DNA of 63,679 nt, the filler included, from Sphaeroforma arctica JP610 (lineage: Eukaryota): assembly GCF_001186125.1 (NCBI RefSeq). It is 5 parts of 2 records of this genome, joined end to end, with 100 filler letters (N's around TTAATTAATTAA, not from the genome) between each part and the next. Parts side by side here need not be neighbours in the genome. Positions count along the whole stretch, not along the records: positions 45,278 to 56,138 come from NW_014040551.1; positions 56,239 to 63,679 come from NW_014040550.1; 3 more parts are not named here. One strand, given 5' to 3'. The notes beneath the pieces are model-generated. The model did not search any database, had not been told where the DNA came from, and was given only the letters and a program-made list of their open reading frames with translations. Position 1 is the stretch's first letter. Each line of letters opens with the position of its first letter. Positions 52,886 through 63,679 of the stretch are shown here, one piece after another. A program made the position numbers and the translations under genes.

Positions 52886-53733
52886 TTCCAGAGTAACGTC
52901 ACTAGGACCGAACATCTCATTAAAATCACATGAGAGACAGAATAAGCACAAGTGACGTCACACATGACGGAATAAGCTTTATTATTAAACACCGTTTTTC
53001 TCCCTCATAAATACAAGGAATCAATCAACAAGCTACCGGGCCATACAGCACGGTAAACACTTCCAGCGGAAGTGCAGCGAATCAACAACACTATAACAGT
53101 AAGTAAAAAATACAATTTTTATTTGTTTTTAAGTATTATTACTAAAGACGGGTGGTGAAGCGTGCACTTTCGCACAAGATAACCTTAGTCTTCATTAATA
53201 ATTCACGACCACCCACACATACACACAGACTTCTGAAAATGCCAACAGCAACCAGAAAAAGTGTATACGATGGAGGGGAGGGTAGTGAAGGCACGGGTGA
53301 CGTGGGAGCCAACTCAATGGGGGAGGCAAGCCCAGGCAGTAGCTCGGGCCAGCCTACACCGGCGGGGTACCCATCGCAGCCTCAGCAATGCGTCTAGAAA
53401 TAGACAAGAACATCTGTCAAGGCAACTATGTTTTGGTGAGTCGGTTTGTATCCATATTGGAACGAACTGCACCGATGGCCATACCGACTCTACATAAAAT
53501 GAGGGTTGGCATACATGACCAACAGCCAGAGCGTCGCATGCCACCGGTGGATGTGGAGCTCAGACGACGATATGAACAAGCGATCAACGATTGCGGTGAT
53601 GATGAAGAAGACAAGCTTATCCAAATCAGTCTGTACATTAGTGAGCTATAGCTCATGTGTTATCGGTTAGGCGACCAGATAAATGAACCATCTCTTAAGA
53701 AATACTCAAAACTTCAGAGTTTCCTAAAATGCC

Positions 53734-54251
53734 TGAGAGACTACAGGTCTCAGGCCAGATTTTACAGCAAGAACCCATCTTTGATTTATGGAGGTCATCA
53801 GAATTAGATCACTCCCGAGAGCTAAGTCATCAGAGTTAGCTCACTCCCGAGAGCTAATCAAGTTGCTCAAATTACTCTCAAGAATTGAGTTATTACTTAA
53901 CCGACTTTCGAGAGCATATTTAGTTTCTCAACCGATGCCCGAGAGTGAATTAAGTCTGACAACCACAACATATTAATAATTGCTGTGGTTCTATGTGAGT
54001 CACAACCTATGCGGAAAGGCATCATGTGATCAGCATGAGATTTAGTTGCAAAGAAGTTGAAATAGAAAAGCATCGAAGTGTTAAGGTGTTCAGTATAAGG
54101 CTTCTCATACTGACCATTTGAGTTTTTACCCTGACCAGCCCAAGCGGCTGAACAGTAGCACAAACACCTTAGGTATAAAACCAAAGGTGAGGTCAGAAAT
54201 AAATACATACATTTGCACTTTATTTAAAGTCTACTACATTGTACTCTAACA
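53734..54251 (+). mobile_element. Solo LTR (family A, 518 bp) inserted in gag with 5-bp TSD ATGCC
   Basis: ATGCC(53729-53733)|TGAGAG...CTAACA|ATGCC(54252-54256); TATAAAA at ~54173 followed by AATAAA at ~54198. Confidence 0.9.
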
Positions 54252-56138
54252 ATGCCTAAGGAAAGTCTCTTTAGATTAGATAATTGTTAGGATATCACAG
54301 AGTTCACTACACAATATAGTGATCTATTCTTAGCTACGTCAATGCCATTGTGTCATTATCCAGCACTAGTGAGAAGACTATTAGACTCTACTAACGCTAC
54401 GGAGAAAACCAAAGCAGTTCTCAATAACATAAGAGACTCTGAGACACAAACAACCAGGCACTTCACTGATCCCGAGCAGTTCAATAGAATCATTATTGAT
54501 CGACTCAGATCGCACCCAGTAGACTATATGTTAGAGAAGTTTATCAATGACATGCAGAATACGAAGATGAATGTTGAAGTGCGCACCGAGCGTGTGCACA
54601 AGACAATGGCAATGTTAGAGGAGCGTTATCGCAACTCAGACAAAGAACCCATACACTTACAAATCCTCAAGGTACAAAGGTACTTAGCACTGAAGTACTA
54701 TGGACTACAATCAGTAGTGGACATCCTAATCAAAGGAGACAAGCAACCTGATGGAAGTGAAGGACACTTGTCTGACATCGAACATACCAAGTTTCATACT
54801 ATGACGGAGACACACATACGAATAGCGTCAGTAACACAGGCTGAGCGTATGTTGAGGGATCAGGCGCGAGCTGCAAACAATGCAGATAAACGCAACAATA
54901 CGCAGGTGAACATGCAGGTGGAGGATAACTATATGAACGCTAACAAACGTCACAAGACAGACAGTGGTACGCACAACCAGCACAAGCAAGGGGGGCAGAC
55001 ACAGAAAAAGAACGGAGCACGTGAAGAGCGTGCATGACCCTGCTGTCACGAATCGCCATCCCCACATCGGTACAGCGAATGTCCTGAGAAGAAAGCAAAT
55101 CAAGCTAAGAAGGCTGCGCAACAAGCCAAGAAAGATGTGCAGATAGCAAGACTGTCTATCACATCTGGCAAGGTGGAAGACATCACTGAAGGTGATGAAC
55201 ACTGAAATCACTGGTGGGCGGAAGCAAACATGATTGACCTGGCTGACAGACTCAATGTATTTACAGATGAAGAAACGTTGTTGATAAATGCAAATGATAT
55301 AAATTATCAACCTTTATCGTTACTTCCTGCACCACGAGACCAACGGTTACATATTGACATTAAAATAAATGATAACACATACAATGCACTAGTAGACTCT
55401 GGCGCACAAAGCTCATGTATGGACAAAAGTGTAGCATCATAACTATATCTTTCTGTTAGAGCGCAACCGGGCTACATACAACTAGCACAAACAGATGCAA
55501 GAATACAACGCACTGGATCAGCAGAAGTTTGTAACAATAACTACGGAGGCAGAAAGACCTCTCAGTGTTTTGAAGTATTGGACTTGCCTGAAAAGAAAAC
55601 ACTGATACTTCTACGTATCGAAATTCTACCATACATAGGTATATATATAGCGGATTTAATCAATCCACTTATACCAACAGATGCAAAATGGGAATCGCTC
55701 CTCACACCACATGAAGAGGACCCAGAGCATGAACAAGAAGGTTTTAGAGAGTCACTTACAGACCTCCTGGACACCAACGCGAATATACCTCCTGACGTCC
55801 ACTGCAACCTACCAGGCTCTACAGTCACAGTACCTGCAAATGAAATCAACGTCAGACAAATGAGGCACGCTAAAGTCAACTTTTTTCCGCACAATTACAT
55901 TCCACAAACGGATGAGAGTGCGCAACGATCGTTTCACGATGACCACATATACAAACGCGACAAGCCAACAACGGTGAATCTACCGTTGTTATCAACAGCT
56001 GAACATGACCAAACAGGTCTACTCAAAAAAGTCAGGACCTGTCTAGACTTACGTGAGATCAATTACCAATATGAACAAGACAAGTTTGTGCTACCAAAAA
56101 TAAAAGAAGTGTTACACAACCTCCAAGGGGCGCAGTTC

Positions 56139-56238
56139 NNNNNNNNNNNNNNNNNNNNNNNNNNNNNNNNNNNNNNNNNNNNTTAATTAATTAANNNNNN
56201 NNNNNNNNNNNNNNNNNNNNNNNNNNNNNNNNNNNNNN
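56139..56238. other. Artificial scaffold-join spacer
   Basis: N44-TTAATTAATTAA-N44. Confidence 0.97.
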
Positions 56239-56358
56239 TTGTTGTGCCATGTATACTCATATTGGACAACCAAGAAAATTAGCATGGACAAATTCTCATA
56301 TTTTCGGTATAGTATATACTCAATTGCACTTTGCATACTTTACGCAAACAACCTGTAG

Positions 56359-56572
56359 TGCCAAGGATAAGATCAACATAGACGAGGCTTTCAGTGTTCT
56401 AGTAAAACGCATTCAGGAGGACCGAAGAATACAAGCCGCCAGGAAGGCCGAGTATGCCCAAAATGCACAAGCAAACAAGAAGAGTAAGGGAGGCAAAGAC
56501 AAAGGAAAAGGGGGTGATGGCGAGGGGTCTGGCAGCAAATCCAATGGCAAGAAAGGATGTACTATCCTGTGA
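56359..56572 (+). CDS. Ras-family small GTPase, last exon
   Basis: After acceptor ctgtag: (S)AKDKINIDEAFSVLVKRI (G5 motif and helix 5), Lys/Gly-rich hypervariable region, C-terminal CaaX CTIL*. Confidence 0.85.
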
Positions 56573-57530
56573 GAAGGCGTCATGTAGAGACTTTTAAAAT
56601 AAGAACCGCTAGGATTTGGACTAGATCCACTCGTTAGCCCACTGGTCCTTCAACGAAGATCACGCGTCAACACGTGATGGGGATTACCATGTCTACTAAA
56701 AGACCTGACCTGAGACCAAGATCAGTCAGTAAGCGGCGTCATCGTCTTCCCTTGGTGGATCTGAGCGTACCTACTACCTCCAGGGGCACACATCGCCTGA
56801 TTGTCACGTGCGTAGTAGTCTGATGGCATGTCGCGTGTTTGACCAGGGCACGCATGTTCTGGCCCGTACTTGGCGGCTTAGAGCTGTTAAGTGTGCACAT
56901 TGGGTATAAAACCACGCGTGTCTCAGCTCAGAATATAAAGTACGAGCATGTGGCATTGAGTGTGCTGTATATGAGATACTTCGGGCGGATTATATGGCCT
57001 CGAGAGGGCAACAGCAGCATTCTTCAGCGATCATGATGTACGATCAAAATAAAAAGGTTTACGAGAAAACTGCGACGTGCGATTCTGAACCAATTGAAGT
57101 TCACTCAATATGCGTGGGGGATTTTGACCTCACATACGGTTTGTGATTTCAAATCAAAGATTGGCTCACATATGTCAATTTGAAAGCAAAGAAACCTGAT
57201 CAAGAAGATAGGCAGGTAGACATACAAATCTTTTGAATTCAGGCCCAAATTTTGACGCCCATAAAGAGTAAAATATGAAGTTGAGCATTGATAAGAAATA
57301 TGGTTAGGTTGATGTTCGACTGAATCCTTGACTTTTGATCACGCCGATGAGTCTCTGAACAGCAAACTCCTTCTTAGCAGTGCATATTAGACCCTCCCAA
57401 AATGCTATTTTATTTCAAAACATAGGCCTACAGGTGTTGTAGATGGATGTAGCAGATGTGCTCGATATCCGAGCACATGTTACGGGTCTCTCCATCAACA
57501 CGCCTTGAGTTTTCCATCTGTGTTGATATT

Positions 57531-60500
57531 TTATCTCCATTGCGCTTCTGGCACCAATGACAGCTCGGTGCTCGTCATACACAACTCTTCACTAAGTAAG
57601 CAGAGCACATCATCTGCATTGTTCAAAACGTTCACTCCATTAGAGATATATACTGTCAAAAAAGTGGCGTAGGCACATAGCGTCCAGACACGACGTGTGA
57701 TTGGTTTTTTCCTTTCTGTTAAGACGGGGTTTTATTACAATTGACTTGAAATTAAAGGTGCTCCGATATGTGTGGTCTCATATCGGACTATATACTCCAC
57801 TTGAAACTACAAATGCCATTCCGATATGCTCGGTTCCATATCGTCTTATATTTTCCTTGTACCTACATATGCTCTTTTGCGATGTAATGATTGTACATTG
57901 TCGACGCCGCATCTCTCGCAGTGCTTCGAATGCGATATTTTTCACATCTTTTGAGCATTTCACTATATTCTGCTTCGACGTCCGATTCTGTCAATATGTA
58001 TAGATGTTGTGACCAGCTTCCCTTCCGGTATAAATAGTTTTCCGAATTCATGACGTATCTAATTCCGACAAGCATGGTCTCCATATATCGAACTCAGCTT
58101 CCCGTTCGATATGAATAGATTCAGAGTGCATTCCGTATCTACTAACGATTCAGCAAGGTTCCATATTGTATTCAGCATTTCTTCGAGGACGTGGCACCCA
58201 TTTGATGCTGTGCTACCACGCTTATTTGAACTTCGCTGGAACTCAGAATAAATGGCTGTATAGACAAAGGTAAATGAGATACACATAGAACATTAGCTAC
58301 TCGCTTATTTGAAGTTCACCAGAGGCTCAACCAAAACGGTTGTATGGAACAAGAGAGACATAAGGCAAGAAGAAGATTAGCTAAAAGGATCGAGTATTGG
58401 TGTTCTTCTAATGAAGTCCAACAACCGCCAATCATATCGCAACTATTCGTGACCTTTGGTAAGTAAGTATACCCTTGACAAAACATCAAGTACAGGGATG
58501 TGCATACCTATGATTAAACGTCAAGTACAGGGATGTGTATACCTAAGATGAAACATCAAGTACAGGGATGTGTATACCTAAGATGAAACATCAAGTACAG
58601 GGATGTGTATATCTATGATAAAACATCAAGTACAGGGATGTGTATACCTAAGATAAAACATCAGGTACAGGGATGTGTATACCTATGATAAAACATCAAG
58701 TACCGGGATGTGTATACCTAAGATAAAACATCAGGTACAGGGATGTGTATACCTATGATAAAACATCAAGTACAGGGATGTGTATACCTAGGATAAAATA
58801 TCAAGTACCGTGTATACCTATGATAAAACATCAAGCACCGGGATGTGTATACCTAAGTTAAAACATCCAAGTACAGGGATGTGTATACCTAAGATAAAAC
58901 ATCAAGTACAGGGATGTGTATACCCATGATAAAACATCAAGTACAGGGATGTATAGAATATTCGCCATATATGCGCTCCTATGTTTATCTTTGACATTGA
59001 AAAAAAAATGTATTTATGATCTATGGTCGTACATGATGAAACACATACGCACAAAGAAAAATAATGGCCTATATGTCATAAAATCCGACGACTGCGACTC
59101 ATCAACTGCTAATTAAGACAGCGTGGCTATAGCAGGTGAGGATTCTAGGTCAATCCCACGTGGTTTGTGGCTGGTTACCATCTATACAAACGAAAATCAT
59201 GCATACGAATGGCACGCACAAGAAAGAACTGATCGAGATATATATCATCACAAATTCACAAAGTCCATCAAACATTCACTATATATCTTCCTATCTATAC
59301 ATAAAAACATTCGCTCAACATTCAAGTTCAAGACCCCTATCTACCATATCGTACCAGAGTGTTGGCAAGTTCCTCAAAATCAACACACCTCTCCATCATA
59401 TTGTACTGGGATATCGTTCTTTATCTTGAATCCCACTTTACGGCCCTGCGCAAGGCGCTTGCCTTTTTTCATCCCCATCTTCATGAACGCAGTATGCCAG
59501 AAGCCACCCACACCCACCACCTCTGTAGGGATGTCAATAGGAGACAAAGGCATGTAAGTATGTGACTTAATAAAGTATGTGACATATTAAGTATGTGACT
59601 GATTAAGTATTTGACTTGTTAAGTATGTGAGTGTAACATGACAAACAACACCGTAACAGTGTGAAAAAAACATAGCAAACAAAGGCGTGTAAACATGCGA
59701 TAGTCGAATCATGTGACAAAGACATATAAAAATGTGTCAGAGGATGTCAACACTGACAATCGTGTATACGCGGAGGGACATGCATATTTGCGTCATAAAC
59801 CCGAGAGCCTTAGCCAGAAGCAATATTGCTTTCGGTCGAAGTTCGTTGGGATGCTATTGGTGCGGGCATATGCCTCGACCCGAAAAACATGGCCATACTT
59901 TGTGTGTCTAAATACCAGAAAAACATGACCATACTTTGTGTCTAAACAAGTACCTAGAAGAATACAGGGACATATATTAAGGGTCGGCATACATATTCGA
60001 AACCCCAAATAGCAGTCGCAACTGCAAAAGACTTCCAACAGAGTGGCACGTTCTGTCAGCTCATCATTGAGGACACTCACTGAGGTACAATTAATTGTTA
60101 ACAACACATTTAAACAGTCCGATGGTTGAGATGAACACACATTAAACGCGTCTACTACTACCCGAACTTACTCACACCGCATATAATAATTTCAAGCCGT
60201 TAAGATCCGCACCTATCAAGCCGTCGTCTAATTTTTGGGGGGTTAAAGTATCATTGGGTTTGAACTTTTTACCCCAAAGATCGATTCCGCCGGCATAGCT
60301 TGGTATGTTGACTAATACCAAACCCTTCATGCCTTTTGGAATCTGTGTATTGACGAGACAGCAAGTTTCAGTAAGGATTGTTGCGAGCTAGCAAACTAAA
60401 AGGCTTACGAATATATATTGAACGTACAAAAATGTACTCTATACTATGAAAACTATCGAATTAAACACGTACACGAAGGTAAAACGCAAATTTCCAGTCG

Positions 60501-60545
<45 letters not shown>

Positions 60546-63199
60546 TACACACACTACTAACAATATATACATATATACATATATTATTTATTAANNNNNN
60601 NNNNNNNNNNNNNNCCACACACACACATACACACACACTTACAAATATATACATATATACATATATATTTATATACATATACATATACATACATACATAC
60701 ATACATACGTACATACATACATACATATATATAGTCGCAGACACATACCCATACCCAGACATATATATATATTTATATTTATATACAGGAAATTATGAAG
60801 AATTAAAGGCAGATATCAACAGATATCATTACACAGAAATTTGTATATATATATATACACACATGTATATATATATATACACACATACATATACAAATAT
60901 ACAAATACATATATAATATAATATAATATAATTAATATATATATATAAATATATATATAATATAATATATAATATAATTAATACATAACGAATACATATA
61001 TATATATAAATAAATCAACACATATACGTATACATGCATATATAATACACATACATACACATATAATCATATTCTTATATAAATTATGTATACATTATAC
61101 GAACAATTAATAAATTTAAATTCGCACGAACACGCATAAATATGCATATAAATATACGGGATCTATTAGTGCATGCAAATGAATGAAAATCCAACCACTC
61201 TAACAATCAGACACTCAGAAGACAGTTCTCAAGTATGCAGACATTCCACACACCTCTAGTTTCTTTCCATCCACAGTCACCTCCACATCCTCCGGCAAGT
61301 CCAAGCGATCACACAGCGTCCCGAGCGCATGTATGCCGTACATCAATAAGTTCTGATACTGGAAGTTATACATAAACGAGTGATTTTCCCTTCCGTTGTG
61401 GAACTTCAGAGCGACGAGTGCATCGTATCCCAGACTGAAGTAGTTATTGAAGTACCGTGTAGTGTGCTCGGGGTTGCTCCTGCTGTCGCGCACTCTGCAT
61501 GACGGCAAGTTCGTGTCACCCGAGGCCGTGGGGGTGACCGTAAGGGCTGTGTGGGATTTGTGTGGGTGTGTTTCAGAAGCGAGTACGTATGCATGTGTGT
61601 GTATGGGTGCATGTGTGCCCAAGCTAACCCGTACATGTCGGGTTCGATGGTACTATACACTCACTCGCAGGACAGTGTCTATTAACATTAATGTGAAGGG
61701 GCAGACAAGCGCTTACTTGTGTGATGCACAGCTTTTGCTAAGCCAAGTACGCGCATGTGCGTAAGAATTGAGACGCTTGCACTTTCACTAGGCAATCGCA
61801 ATGCCAATGGCAACAGCTAGTACATGCACGTACACGGTGCGCGATCTTTGTACTTTGAACTCTTGTATACGTATACGCATCGAGCCTGGTGTTAATCCCT
61901 GCCGAGGAAGGGCACATGCTAATGGTCCCAGAGCGACCAAAAAAACACATCCACTCCAACTTGGGCTCTAGCAATGTACACAGGAGTTCGATCAAATACA
62001 AGCGCAACGGAAACTCACATGTGGCAGACAGTATACTTTTGTAGCATAAGCAAGATAAGGGTAGACGCTACACATGAGCATAAACAACCCAACAAAAAAA
62101 AGCCTAGCACATTACTATGCATTCCTGTAGCACAGCCAAGCAATACATAGACCAGAATGACATTTGCGTATATATAATGAAAGATAGTTAAGAGCAAAAC
62201 ACAATACGGCGTAACTGGGCGCGCACTCACCATCTGTGACACCCTCTAAGGCTGGTTGCTGTATAGAGACTTTCCATTGGTCCAAAGCCACAGCAGCGAC
62301 CGGCGAGTATCCAACACCCTGCAGCAAACAAAAAATATATTCAGCAAACTCTCACACAATGGACCTCGGCGTTTGATAGAAAAAAAGGGGGATCTTCAAA
62401 CCAAGTTATAGTATTGTGTAATCCTGAGCAAGTTCTGTACAGCCCTGCTCGAAAACGTACTCGGGTGCTGTTGTGGTTAAATACACGGTGCAACAATACC
62501 CAAAGCCGACAAGTCTATATTTCTCACGTGGTACATGTATGTTCCTGTATACCGACTCGAAGGAGGCAACATCGCTCACGTTCGATTTCGTGGCAGTAGC
62601 TACACACAGCAAAAGCCTACGGAAATCCATAGGAAATGGAGCCGAGTGCACTAAGCTAATTAAAAACAAAGTAGAATTATTATGTGTACATGTAGGCCTA
62701 CGGTAGATCAGGTGGGGTGTAATATACACGTCCTAAAAATAAAAAGGACCGATTGTGTATACCTTTAGTATATGCATGACGCCCCTGAAGGTAACCACAC
62801 CGTTGCCGCAGCCGAGAGTGCGACCCAAGTCATTCCCAGTTCCCAGCGGAATAACGACAATCTGCGGTCGATTGGATGTCCTGCACAGCCCAGTACAAGC
62901 CAAAGTGACTGTCAAAAAACAACTTTACTGTACACAGACATGCGCATAACAATCTCACTGCATCGAAGGCTCTGAGAAGACCAGGGCGGGTCGATAAGGA
63001 TGTAAACGAATTTCTCTGTTTTGTATAAACATGCGCACAAGGAATACATGCGTTTGATCGTACTCGTGACTGGTAGTAGAGAGAAAGTAGATAACAATCC
63101 GTTGCAACAAGAAGCTGAGGCCATAAAGAGGTATACAGGTGAGCTGTGTACGTCCCCACTTCTTTCCCTGTTGACCTCGACAGTTTAGTCACTCCCATA
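57531..63199 (-). CDS. Diacylglycerol kinase (end of catalytic domain plus accessory domain), 5' part outside window
   Basis: Phase-consistent exons 63199-63152, 62880-62763, 62318-62231, 61546-61254, 60342-60213, 59522-59389, 58255-58198, 57652-57531. Motifs IPLGTGNDLGRTLGCG, FNNYFSLGYDA, NIPSYAGG, DDGLIEVVG, RLAQG, PVQYDGEPF. Confidence 0.9.
58480..58953. repeat. 35-bp minisatellite (aaaacatcaagtacagggatgtgtatacctaagat), ~13 copies
   Basis: Period 35 (58551 to 58586), head-to-tail with no spacers, in a DGK intron. Confidence 0.92.
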
Positions 63200-63431
63200 C
63201 TATAATTGAAAACTGTCTAGATGAAAAACACCAAATATACTGTTATATATATTGTACCAGAATAAAGCCTGATTCGGGATGCATAGGCATATATACATAC
63301 ATACATACATGCATAAACACAAACATAGATACATATATATTAATGTATATAGACATGGATAAATAGATACATAGATACATATACACACACGCACACACAC
63401 ATATATATATACGTATGCATACAAACATAGC

Positions 63432-63462
<31 letters not shown>

Positions 63463-63679
63463 GCATGCATGCATGCATGCATGTATGTCTGTATACATGC
63501 ATGTATGTGTGTATGTATGTATTTATGTTTACATATATATATATATATATATATAGATATATAGAAATATGTAATATATATATCTATAGATATAAATATA
63601 TATATATATACATATATATAACTATATATATAACTATATATATAATTATAAATATAAACATACATACATACATATATAT

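Larger units (their letters stand above)
50225..56138 (+). mobile_element. Ty3/Gypsy LTR retrotransposon: 5' LTR (family B, 50225-50549), ~2.7-kb leader, gag-PR-RT; decayed and truncated by scaffold end
   Basis: LTR TGTAG...CTACA with AATAAA; gag from ~53240; zinc-knuckle remnant *PCCHESPSPHRYSEC; protease ALVDSGAQSSCM; RT start KVRTCLDLREIN...DKFVLPKIKEVLHNLQGAQF. ORFs at 54342, 55230 and 55578 share one frame separated by single stops. PR-RT order indicates Gypsy. Confidence 0.85.

Noticed and set aside
58480..58953. CRISPR array (35-bp repeats)
   Set aside because: Head-to-tail repeats with no unique spacers, no cas genes, inside a eukaryotic intron.

Overview
Eukaryotic, intron-rich, microsatellite-laden genomic DNA. 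The gene set and assembly style suggest a unicellular opisthokont, possibly an ichthyosporean (inference only). The window is not one locus: four artificial 100-bp spacers (N44-TTAATTAATTAA-N44) join five scaffolds whose true adjacency is unknown. Segment 1 (1-21505): 3' part of a TRAPPC10/Trs130-like gene (+), a complete 7-exon bacterial-type L-lactate permease (LctP family, -) and a TRIP4/ASC-1 gene (+) cut at the start of its ASCH domain. Segment 2 (21606-32290): an Adp1-type EGF-domain ABCG half-transporter (+) convergent with a complete CPTP/ACD11-like lipid transfer protein (-). Segment 3 (32391-45177): a probable first exon of ZNG1/CBWD (-), absent from the ORF track, head-to-head with a complete PCID2 gene (+), then decayed Ty3/Gypsy sequence. 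Segment 4 (45278-56138): nested LTR-retrotransposon debris with two LTR families, a foldback, and a gag-PR-RT element whose 5' LTR is followed by a T-tract instead of a tRNA primer-binding site. Segment 5 (56239-63679): last exon of a Ras-family GTPase (+) convergent with a diacylglycerol kinase (-). The most interesting leads are the intron-containing LctP with an expanded loop and the T-tract, long-leader LTR elements. All exon models were spliced by hand and family calls come from motif recognition, not database searches.
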